Source: an uncultured Gammaproteobacteria bacterium (GTDB lineage: Bacteria > Patescibacteriota > Patescibacteriia > Magasanikbacterales > GWA2-37-8). Taken from it: DNA of 62,948 nucleotides. A model generated the notes under the pieces. That model searched no databases. It saw nothing but the letters and a program-made list of their open reading frames with translations, and was not told where the DNA came from. Both the position numbers and the translations under genes were made by a program. Numbering within the stretch: the first letter of the stretch is position 1; each line of letters starts with the position of its first letter. The stretch is from assembly GCA_964510495.1 (NCBI GenBank), contig CAZECR010000002.1:13767-76714 (forward strand), written 5' to 3'. Of this stretch, positions 36,555 through 44,502 are shown piece after piece.

Positions 36555-37796
36555 TTATTTAAGTACAATCAAATTTCTAATTTGCCGGGTTTCAGGCATG
36601 CTATAAAATTTGCCAGCTTTGGAAACTTCATCGAACAGATAAAAGCCCCCGTTCAGCGAGATATAATTTTTAATACCTTTTAACTTATCAAAATAGCGGC
36701 TCTCGCTCTGCCCAACATAGAAATACTCACCATCATGAGCAAGCCCGCGAATGAAACCAGAAAATTCTCCAACAATTCTTTGATTACCACGATACAGGAT
36801 GCTGCGCATACTATCGAGATAAAAAAGTTCTGAGCCGATAAATTTGGGACTATGTGGCATCCAGGCATTGGTTATTAATGGACGACGCACAGCATAGTCA
36901 TCAAGGTCAATTTCCATGATTCCCCCATCGTAGACACCCCAAGACCAATTACCGGAATGAGAAAAAAGTGAAACGTACAAATAACGATCCGTAACGAACA
37001 AATCGTTAATGTGGTGCATGTCTTTTTTATAATAAGTATATTTATCTGAAATCATGATATCAGTGACATGATCGAGTGTTTCAGATGAATATACGGAAAT
37101 TTTATCTAATCCAGATTTGGCGATAAAAATAAGTTTTCGCTCCGGGCTATAGGCCATACCGTGTGATTTTGCATCCATTTCAAAACCAAATTCTTTAACG
37201 ACAGTGTAATCATTTTTTGAAACCACTAGGCCACCACGAACCTCATCTAATACATAATACTTGTCACCAGCATCAATAATCTGGTGCAACGTGCCTTCTA
37301 AAACCTTGGTCGATTGCCTAAGCGCAATGTCATAGAGATACAAACCGCCGCCACCACTCTTACCTTTGTCGAGTTCCGTGTAAATTTTGTGATCAGCAGA
37401 GCAAATAAGGAGTTTTGTCGTACACGCGTCAATATCACCTAAAATTTTCAGATTATTTAACGCCGGTGTGCAACAAAAATCCGCGCCCGGCTTTAAACCA
37501 TAACTGACTAGCTGTGGAATAATTGATTTATAAGCACCGCTCGTAATAACAATATAAATATCAGCATCTTTCTTTTTTAATACTTCCGGATCGAATACAT
37601 CAAATTCACTTTTTTTATCCGTGACCATGTATTTTTTACCCTTGCGCGACTCACTATTGTCAACAATATAGGCCAAGTTTGGGTTAGAGTATTGAAAGGT
37701 CTTTTCAAACCAATCATCCGCAACACCAAAAAAAACAACTCGCTTGTCTTTGACGCTTTGATTAAATTCTTTCCAGTCTTGCCAAAGGGTAAACAT
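36555..37796 (-). CDS. two-domain protein: N-terminal Rossmann-like module plus C-terminal TIGR03032/DUF4915-like (beta-propeller-like) domain; function unknown
   Basis: WMPHSPKFIGSELFYLDS and GFIRGLAHDGEYFYVGQSESRY resemble the conserved blocks I remember for TIGR03032. MHHINDLFV resembles an H-x-N motif. Needs HMM confirmation. Confidence 0.45.
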   Translation of the reverse strand: MFTLWQDWKEFNQSVKDKRVVFFGVADDWFEKTFQYSNPNLAYIVDNSESRKGKKYMVTDKKSEFDVFDPEVLKKKDADIYIVITSGAYKSIIPQLVSYGLKPGADFCCTPALNNLKILGDIDACTTKLLICSADHKIYTELDKGKSGGGGLYLYDIALRQSTKVLEGTLHQIIDAGDKYYVLDEVRGGLVVSKNDYTVVKEFGFEMDAKSHGMAYSPERKLIFIAKSGLDKISVYSSETLDHVTDIMISDKYTYYKKDMHHINDLFVTDRYLYVSLFSHSGNWSWGVYDGGIMEIDLDDYAVRRPLITNAWMPHSPKFIGSELFYLDSMRSILYRGNQRIVGEFSGFIRGLAHDGEYFYVGQSESRYFDKLKGIKNYISLNGGFYLFDEVSKAGKFYSMPETRQIRNLIVLK

Positions 37797-37800
37797 ACAG

Positions 37801-38874
37801 TTATGAATTCGTAGAATTAGCTTGGATTAAAGATATATAGTCACGAGCAAACGCAGCATTGTCTCGTTCAAATTGGTCGGCCGAAAAATACTTAACCCCC
37901 CTAAAATTTTGAACAAAAGTGCCGGGAAAACCAGATTTGAAATGAGCGATCTGCAACTGCTTTTGATCGGGAAGAGAATCGTACTGGGCTGATGGCGTTG
38001 AAGGTTGTTCCATATCAACCAGACGAATGCCTTTATTTTTATAATACTCGAGTGCTGAGTAAATGAGCGCGTGGTACAGGGGAAGCCGATCATATTCGGG
38101 ATCATCAGCCGCCGAGCAGTACGCTGCCACATTGCCGTTATGCTCAAAATAGACATAGGCAATATCTTTTTCCTTATATTTAAGACCAAAGAGCGCCGCC
38201 TGTCCGTCGATCAATTTTTTAAACTGGAGGTCAAATGTTTCTTTGGGCCTTGTTACCCTACCGGAACAACGTCGATGGAGTTCGCGATATTCTTCATGGC
38301 TCTCATAGGACGGATTACTACTATCGATCGTAAAAATTGAGTACGCAGCATCATTCAAAATCCTTTTTATATTACGCCTGTGATTTTCCCTGCACTGTTT
38401 ATAAATATCGGGAACCGTCAAATCAACTACATAATTCAGTATCGAGGTATCCAAATAACCATACTCTTGTAAAAAATTATAATTGAAGCGATCGGTCTCG
38501 AGTGGATCAACTTGAAATAGCATCTTATCGACACGATGCTCCAGAGCGAGTTCGTCGATCAGTCTAAAAACATCCTTTTCAATAGCCTTATCGAGGATAA
38601 GGGGTGCGTCGACATAATCGCCAAGGCAGCTTACCGCACATACTTCTGCACTTTTTTCAATGGGCAAAAACACTCCGGCTAACGGTTTATTATTAACCAA
38701 ATACACAAAACTGGCGTTTACATAGTCCACGCCCTTTTCTTTCGCTGTCAAAGGATACGCCGCAAGGCTGGTCAGTAAATAACGCGGACTAGGCCTATAC
38801 TGATTAAGTATTTCCTGCCAATATGTACTGAATAAATCTGGTCGATCCCTTTCTAAAATAAGCTGTATCGACAT
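37801..38874 (-). CDS. FemAB-family / Acetyltransf_6-like (aminoacyl-tRNA-dependent transferase-like) protein
   Basis: 357 aa. CRENHRRNIKRILNDA (RxNIRKA-like) and IAHFKSGFPG (FKxGFG-like) blocks. First gene of the 30-gene train. Confidence 0.5.
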   Translation of the reverse strand: MSIQLILERDRPDLFSTYWQEILNQYRPSPRYLLTSLAAYPLTAKEKGVDYVNASFVYLVNNKPLAGVFLPIEKSAEVCAVSCLGDYVDAPLILDKAIEKDVFRLIDELALEHRVDKMLFQVDPLETDRFNYNFLQEYGYLDTSILNYVVDLTVPDIYKQCRENHRRNIKRILNDAAYSIFTIDSSNPSYESHEEYRELHRRCSGRVTRPKETFDLQFKKLIDGQAALFGLKYKEKDIAYVYFEHNGNVAAYCSAADDPEYDRLPLYHALIYSALEYYKNKGIRLVDMEQPSTPSAQYDSLPDQKQLQIAHFKSGFPGTFVQNFRGVKYFSADQFERDNAAFARDYISLIQANSTNS

Positions 38875-38913
38875 GTGAATGGCACGTTATATTGCCATGG
38901 TAAAATCAAACAT

Positions 38914-38942
38914 AGCTTACCAATACATAGCTATACTGTCAA
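38914..38942 (-). promoter_or_regulatory. candidate sigma70-type promoter of the 38874-to-11133 gene train
   Basis: The minus strand reads TTGACA-17 nt-TAAGCT, about 40 nt upstream of the ATG at 38874. Confidence 0.45.
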
Positions 38943-39085
38943 CCTAATTCCCCTGTTTAAGTATGGCTTCAACCGACAACCGGTATGACGAACCCTTAGG
39001 GCCAGGGTAGCCTTGGAATAGGCCGAGCACATTTGCGGAAAATACACCTCTGACTTATCGAACAGTAAACTGACCTGACTGCAAG

Positions 39086-39114
39086 TTGACCCTAATTTTG
39101 TTGTAGGATATACT
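39086..39114 (+). promoter_or_regulatory. candidate sigma70-type promoter of cysD-cysNC-cupin
   Basis: TTGACC (39086-39091), 17-nt spacer, TATACT (39109-39114). Lies about 33 nt upstream of the cysD ATG. Confidence 0.55.
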
Positions 39115-39147
39115 AAAACAACTCAATTATAAAAACTCTTCGTACGT

Positions 39148-40056
39148 ATGGTCGAAGCCTACAATCTCAATTATTTAAAGCAACTCGAAGCTGAAAGTAT
39201 CCATATATTCCGGGAAATGGCCGCTGAATTTAAAAATCCGGTCATTTTGTATTCAATCGGAAAAGATTCAGCTACCCTGCTTCGCCTAGCCGAAAAAGCC
39301 TTCGCTCCTGGCAAGATCCCCTTTCCCCTTCTCCATATTGATACCGGTTTTAAATTCAAGGAAATGATCGCCTTTCGCGATTATTATGTTAAAAAGATTG
39401 GCGCAAAATTACTGGTAGAGAAAAATGAATCCCCCGAAGCTCAGGCGCTTGGACCGGAAGAAGCTCGAACAGACATCTATATTTATCACAAAAAAACAAA
39501 ACCGCTCTTAGACGCTATTAAACGAAATAACTTTGATGCCGCTGTTGGTGGTGCCCGTCGTGAAGAAGAAAAGTCCCGAGCTAAAGAGCGTGTTTTTTCC
39601 TTCCGCACAGAACTTGGCGGCTGGGATCCAAAAAACCAACGTCCTGAACTTTGGTCGCTCTACAATACTCGAATCAAAGAAGGACAGAGTGTCCGTGTTT
39701 TCCCCCTCTCCAACTGGACCGAAGCTGACATCTGGGCCTATATTCTGATGGAAAAAATTGAAATCGTGCCCCTGTACTTTGCGGAAAAAAGAAAAGTATT
39801 TCAGCGCAACGGCATTTTACTTCGCGTGGACGAATTTAACCAACCAAAAGAAGGTGAGGAGGTCATCGAAATGATGAGTCGCTACCGAACACTCGGCTGT
39901 TCGCCATCGACTGGAGCCGTAGCTTCTACCGCAACCACTTTGGAAGAAATATTAGAGGAAGTGCTCGTGGCCCGTAAATCAGAACGTGAAAACCGAGCGA
40001 TTGATTACACATCCGATTCTTCGATGGAACAAAAAAAGAAAGAAGGCTACTTTTAA
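39148..40056 (+). CDS. cysD: sulfate adenylyltransferase subunit 2
   Basis: [17 protein letters not shown]-loop. 302 aa. Canonical CysD/NodP sequence throughout. Confidence 0.95.
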   Translation: MVEAYNLNYLKQLEAESIHIFREMAAEFKNPVILYSIGKDSATLLRLAEKAFAPGKIPFPLLHIDTGFKFKEMIAFRDYYVKKIGAKLLVEKNESPEAQALGPEEARTDIYIYHKKTKPLLDAIKRNNFDAAVGGARREEEKSRAKERVFSFRTELGGWDPKNQRPELWSLYNTRIKEGQSVRVFPLSNWTEADIWAYILMEKIEIVPLYFAEKRKVFQRNGILLRVDEFNQPKEGEEVIEMMSRYRTLGCSPSTGAVASTATTLEEILEEVLVARKSERENRAIDYTSDSSMEQKKKEGYF

Positions 40057-40059
40057 TAT

Positions 40060-41895
40060 ATGAATGGAGCTGAAAAAAAATATAATCGAGATATCGAACT
40101 TTTAACCTTTGTAACAGCAGGCAGTGTTGATGATGGAAAATCGACGCTTATTGGGCGGTTACTCTACGATTTAGACCAGATTTATGACGATCAGATCGAG
40201 GCTGTTAAAAAAGCGGACAAGGTAGAAGGCGAAATGGACTTTTCGCTGTTTACCGACGGCTTATCAGCCGAACGAGAACAAAAAATCACTATCGATGTTG
40301 CCTATCGCTATTTTTCTACCAATAAAAGGCGATTCATTATTGCGGATGTACCCGGTCACGAACAATATACCCGCAATATGGCTACCGGCGCATCTAAAGC
40401 AGCGGCCGCGCTTATTTTGATTGATGCCAGAAAAGGTTTATTGCCCCAGACAAAACGTCATTTATTTATCGCCACGCTGTTTGGCATTCCCCATATTGCC
40501 ATCATAATTAACAAGATGGACATGGTAGGTTACGATGAGAATATTTTTGAGTCTATCAGACAAGAATGTATCGACTTTACTTCAAAATTACAAATGTACG
40601 ACCTCCAATTTATCCCGGCCTCTTCGCTCAAAGGAGATATGATCGTGAGCCGCGGTGAAAACATGCCTTGGTATGGCGGCCGCACAGTCATGAACTACCT
40701 TGAAAACATTGAGATTGCGAGTGATAGGAATCTGATTGATTTCCGCTTGCCGGTTCAGTACATAATTCGGCCCGACCAAGATTTTCGAGGGTATGCCGGA
40801 ACAATCGAGGGAGGTACTATTTCCGTTGGCGAAACCGTAAAAATACTACCTTCAAACCGGACAACAACAGTCAAAGAAATTTTTGTTGCTGGAGTAAAAC
40901 GAGAATATGCATTTAATCCCGAAGCTGTTGTTGTAGCACTGAACGACGAACTGGATATCAGCCGGGGCGATATGATCGTACGGCCTAACAACCTGCCTGA
41001 AATTTCGAACCAGCTCGATGCCATGATTTGCTGGTTTAGCGAAACACCACTCCAAAAAGGTAAGCGATACCTACTAAAACACATGACGACTACGGTACCA
41101 GTCTTTGCTACTGATCTAAGGTATAAAATTGACATCAAAACGCTCCACCGAGACAAAGGCACCGAGTTACAGTTTAATGATATTGGACGAGTCAGTTTAG
41201 AAACGCTCAAACCCTTATTTTTTGATTCGTATACCCAGAATAAAAACACAGGATGCTTTATCATCATAGATGAAATGACCAACGACACTGTTGGAGCAGG
41301 TGTTATTAAAGAGAAAGTAGAGGCTGGAGAGAGCCAAGAAAAGCTTGCTGAAAACAGTGAAAAAACACAGAATATCGGCCACGTTCTATGGTTTACTGGG
41401 TTATCAGGCGCTGGCAAAAGTACTATCGCTGAAAAAGTAGCTACTGAACTAAAAAAACAAGGCGTGCCGTTTGAACATTTGGACGGCGACACAGTTAGAG
41501 AACTGTTAACAGCACATTTAGGTTTTAGCCATGAAGACAGAAAGAAAAATGTTGAAATTGTTGCTTTTGCAGCCAAACTTCTAGCCAAGCACGGCGTAAT
41601 TGTTTTGGTCACGATGATTTCTCCTTATCAGGAACAGCGAGAACAGTTGAAAAATAAGATCGGGAATTGCAGTGAAATTTTTGTTAATGCTCCGCTCGAA
41701 GTATGCGAAGCGCGCGACGTAAAGGGTTTGTATAAAAAGGCACGAGCCGGAATCCTGGAGATGTTCACCGGAATAGACCACCCATACGAAGCACCAAGTA
41801 ATCCTGACCTAGAATTAAACACCGACCAAGAGTCTATCGAACAATCCGCAGCAAAGGTTTTGGAACATCTCAGAAGTAAATCAAAGTCTCATTAA
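40060..41895 (+). CDS. cysN: bifunctional sulfate adenylyltransferase subunit 1 (GTPase) / adenylylsulfate kinase (CysN-CysC fusion, NodQ type)
   Basis: G1 GSVDDGKSTLIGRL and DVPGHEQY. C-terminal APS-kinase P-loop WFTGLSGAGKSTIA. 611 aa. Confidence 0.95.
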   Translation: MNGAEKKYNRDIELLTFVTAGSVDDGKSTLIGRLLYDLDQIYDDQIEAVKKADKVEGEMDFSLFTDGLSAEREQKITIDVAYRYFSTNKRRFIIADVPGHEQYTRNMATGASKAAAALILIDARKGLLPQTKRHLFIATLFGIPHIAIIINKMDMVGYDENIFESIRQECIDFTSKLQMYDLQFIPASSLKGDMIVSRGENMPWYGGRTVMNYLENIEIASDRNLIDFRLPVQYIIRPDQDFRGYAGTIEGGTISVGETVKILPSNRTTTVKEIFVAGVKREYAFNPEAVVVALNDELDISRGDMIVRPNNLPEISNQLDAMICWFSETPLQKGKRYLLKHMTTTVPVFATDLRYKIDIKTLHRDKGTELQFNDIGRVSLETLKPLFFDSYTQNKNTGCFIIIDEMTNDTVGAGVIKEKVEAGESQEKLAENSEKTQNIGHVLWFTGLSGAGKSTIAEKVATELKKQGVPFEHLDGDTVRELLTAHLGFSHEDRKKNVEIVAFAAKLLAKHGVIVLVTMISPYQEQREQLKNKIGNCSEIFVNAPLEVCEARDVKGLYKKARAGILEMFTGIDHPYEAPSNPDLELNTDQESIEQSAAKVLEHLRSKSKSH

Positions 41896-41900
41896 GCAAT

Positions 41901-42323
41901 ATGCAAGGCGTTACCGTACAGACGATGAATCCAATTTCAACTTCTGCTAAAGGAGAAACTTTTGAGCTGTTTAAGGGTCTGCCCGGTCAACAGATCACTT
42001 TATATCACCGTAATAAGGGTGTTAGTTTTGGCAACCATTTCCACAAAGGTGTTGACCAGGCCAAAGATCCAGAATACTTTTTTCTCATTTCCGGACAGGT
42101 CACAGCTTCATTTTATAACGGCTTAACCGGTGAACGGGAGACTTTGGAGATCGGTCAGAGTGACCTGCTAACCATTAATAAAAATATTTACCACTCTCTT
42201 ACTGCCCTTACCAAAGTGACTTTTATTGAATATCGCAGTCAGGTATTTGACGAAAAGAAAAATGATTGTTGGCCGCTCGAGGAGTACGAGGCATATTTAG
42301 AAACACTAAAAAAACAGAGATAA
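41901..42323 (+). CDS. cupin-fold protein (sugar isomerase/epimerase-like), function uncertain
   Basis: 140 aa. FGNHFHKG and YFFLISGQV are cupin motifs. Same HFHK block as the edge-truncated cupin at 62626-62948. Confidence 0.55.
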   Translation: MQGVTVQTMNPISTSAKGETFELFKGLPGQQITLYHRNKGVSFGNHFHKGVDQAKDPEYFFLISGQVTASFYNGLTGERETLEIGQSDLLTINKNIYHSLTALTKVTFIEYRSQVFDEKKNDCWPLEEYEAYLETLKKQR

Positions 42324-42336
42324 CTCTGTTTTTTTT
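42308..42336 (+). terminator. intrinsic terminator of the cysDNC-cupin operon
   Basis: AAAAAAACAGAG-ATAA-CTCTGTTTTTTTT. The stop codon lies in the loop and a T8 run follows. Confidence 0.6.
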
Positions 42337-42424
42337 AACACTGCATAGGGAATTTACTCCTCAGCTTTTGATTGTACACTTTTTTCAATATTCAATCCCC
42401 CTACTCGTTTCCTCAAGCTTATTT

Positions 42425-42473
42425 AAAAAAACGAGTAGTGGAGGGACTGAGGTCGCAACTGTCCGACCACTAC
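42425..42473 (-). terminator. candidate intrinsic terminator of the DUF2061-like gene
   Basis: The minus strand reads GTAGTGG...CCACTAC (7-bp stem with an inner GTCG/CGAC helix) followed by TCGTTTTTTT. Confidence 0.45.
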
Positions 42474-42520
42474 GTAACAGCTAAAAAGTGAACATCCTCG
42501 GCCAGGCGATTACAGGGAGA

Positions 42521-42721
42521 TCATTTTCTACCCCATTTCACCCTGCCCCAAAAGTACTCGTACAGATTGTGCACCACCAACTTGACACACACATCGATTG
42601 CTCCTGCACCCAAGGAGAAATCTAGACGTCGAGTTGCAGCAAACACAATAAGTGTGGTCATGAGGCTCCCAATGAACCTCCACAGGCTGGTTCGAATCAG
42701 TCTGCGCGTATGTGTTTCCAT
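42521..42721 (-). CDS. small membrane protein, DUF2061-like
   Basis: TSLWRFIGSLMTTLIVFAATR resembles the DUF2061 core. The ATG at 42721 is preceded by AGAGGG with a 6-nt spacer. The ORF-track start at 42793 is probably over-extended. Confidence 0.55.
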   Translation of the reverse strand: METHTRRLIRTSLWRFIGSLMTTLIVFAATRRLDFSLGAGAIDVCVKLVVHNLYEYFWGRVKWGRK

Positions 42722-42914
42722 GTTATGCCCTCTATCATTTCTTGTTCGAGCATACGTACTTGTCATTTTTGACAAATGGCTAAGCTCGAACAAAAAATTC
42801 CACGACTACCTTAGCATCTTACAAGTAATCCGTCAATCATTCTGGCCCACAAAAACTATAAGAACAAAGGCGGAAGCATGAAATAAGGTCTAGGCACGCA
42901 TCACATCTGCGAAC

Positions 42915-42944
42915 TTGCGCAGTACGACCCCATCTTGCTATACT
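42915..42944 (+). promoter_or_regulatory. candidate promoter of the 42971-49098 operon
   Basis: TTGCGC, 18-nt spacer, TATACT. Lies about 26 nt upstream of the ATG at 42971. Confidence 0.4.
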
Positions 42945-42970
42945 GAGTCAGACTTAAGGCATGATTAATT

Positions 42971-44497
42971 ATGAACGCATTTAACGGTAAAAGAATTTTT
43001 ATATTCCAACAGCGTGGTTGGGCCACCACGATTGGTCAATTTTTGGCTGAAAAACTGACTGCTGAAGGCGCGGAACTTGGCGCGCTCACACTAAAACGCA
43101 CCACGCATGATTTTATCTTAAAACAAACCAAACCCGCGTACAGCTTAGTTATCAGCCATGATGATATCATGAGCGAACCGGAAAAATACCTTGATAATGA
43201 CACCTTTACTCTAGCTGAAATTTGCCGAGAACTCGGAATTGACTCTATTTGGCCTATTGTCTACAGCCTTCGGAATCACGTTAAATCCTACAAAGATAAA
43301 TATTACTACAGCTTTAAACAAAATGTTTCAGACGAAGCCATAATTGATTATGTTAAGGCTATCTATAAATGTATTCGCATCGTTTTTAAGGATTTTAAAC
43401 CAGACCTGATTTTAACACCCAATTTTGTTGCGCTGCCGCATATTATGTTTAATTTGTATGCAAAAAAGCATGGCGTGCCAATGATTGGGGTAACTGACAG
43501 CAAGGTACAAGGCAACTATATTTTTACCTATGACTATCAAGAGAGCACCGGGCCATTCCACGACCGCCTCGACGCCCTGAACCAAGGCTTACTACCACCC
43601 TCACCCAATCTTACGCGAGCCAAGATCTACATACAGGAATTTCGAACAAATTTTAAAGCACCCGAAACCTCTAGGTATTTACCGCAAAAAACTTCTTTCT
43701 ACCGTAGGCTGCGCCACGAGATTGCCCCCTATTATTATTGCTTGCGTTGGTTTATTGACCCACAAATTAATGTACTCAAAAGTACCGGTATTACCGCTGA
43801 TTATCGCCCGCCGCACATTATTCTGCGCGACCACTACGCTCATGCCTACAACAAATACCGCGCGGAAAATTTTGGCTACTATCCACTTGAAAAAATTGGC
43901 CCAGCAATTTATTTTCCTCTTCAGTTCCAACCGGAATCCTCCATTGATGTTAGTGCGCCTTTTTTCAATAACCAAATGGAAACAGCCCGGCAGGTAGCAA
44001 TGTCGATGCCTGATGATTATACACTCATCGTAAAAGAACACCCGGCCATGATTGGTTACAGGCCTGCTTCGTGCTTCGAAAAACTATCTCGAACGGTTAA
44101 CGTAAAATTGGTCGATTACCGTATTCCTAGTCAAAAAATTCTGGAAAAAGCCGCTCTTGTTGTAAGCCCCAACAGCACGACCATTGCGGAAGCTGCATTT
44201 TTACATAAACCCGCTATCCAGCTCGGAAATATTGGCACGCTACTCAAACTGCCGAATGTTTTTCATCACACAAACTTTTCAACATTAGCCAGTGCTATCA
44301 AAACTGCTTTAGCCGCAGATCTACATACACCAGAATACGAACGTCGTCTCGAGAATTATGTGACGAGCGCTTATGATGCTGGATTTAACTTTGATTACAT
44401 CATGGCTTGGGAAACTGGTAAGAAAGATGATCTCGAAACACTGTGGGTACTCTATCGCAGTGAAATTGAACTCGCCTTCGGTATCTCAGTCATTTAA
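42971..44497 (+). CDS. capsule polysaccharide biosynthesis protein (Capsule_synth, KpsS/KpsC-like ulosonic-acid transferase family)
   Basis: 508 aa. IYFPLQFQPESSIDV and LIVKEHPAM resemble the conserved LQ-x-D/E-S and KxHP blocks of the KpsS/KpsC family. Confidence 0.55.
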   Translation: MNAFNGKRIFIFQQRGWATTIGQFLAEKLTAEGAELGALTLKRTTHDFILKQTKPAYSLVISHDDIMSEPEKYLDNDTFTLAEICRELGIDSIWPIVYSLRNHVKSYKDKYYYSFKQNVSDEAIIDYVKAIYKCIRIVFKDFKPDLILTPNFVALPHIMFNLYAKKHGVPMIGVTDSKVQGNYIFTYDYQESTGPFHDRLDALNQGLLPPSPNLTRAKIYIQEFRTNFKAPETSRYLPQKTSFYRRLRHEIAPYYYCLRWFIDPQINVLKSTGITADYRPPHIILRDHYAHAYNKYRAENFGYYPLEKIGPAIYFPLQFQPESSIDVSAPFFNNQMETARQVAMSMPDDYTLIVKEHPAMIGYRPASCFEKLSRTVNVKLVDYRIPSQKILEKAALVVSPNSTTIAEAAFLHKPAIQLGNIGTLLKLPNVFHHTNFSTLASAIKTALAADLHTPEYERRLENYVTSAYDAGFNFDYIMAWETGKKDDLETLWVLYRSEIELAFGISVI

Positions 44498-44502
44498 ATT
44501 AT

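Noticed and set aside
40755-41612. 285-aa ORF antisense to cysN-cysC
   Set aside because: It lies entirely inside a confidently identified gene. Its Ser/Pro/Thr/Phe-rich low-complexity translation is typical of the mirror frame of a coding region. No motif or RBS supports it.
39148-41895. cysD-cysNC as ordinary assimilatory sulfate-reduction genes
   Set aside because: No cysH, sulfite reductase, sulfate transporter or cysteine synthase is linked. APS kinase is fused as in NodQ-type enzymes, and the operon sits between glycan operons. This cannot be excluded without the whole genome, so it is listed as the refutation test of the main finding.
42429-42473. Possible tRNA or small structured RNA in the gap after the cupin gene
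   Set aside because: There are only two overlapping hairpins. I see no cloverleaf, no GTTCxAxxC T-loop and no acceptor stem. The structure is better explained as a terminator for the convergent DUF2061-like gene.
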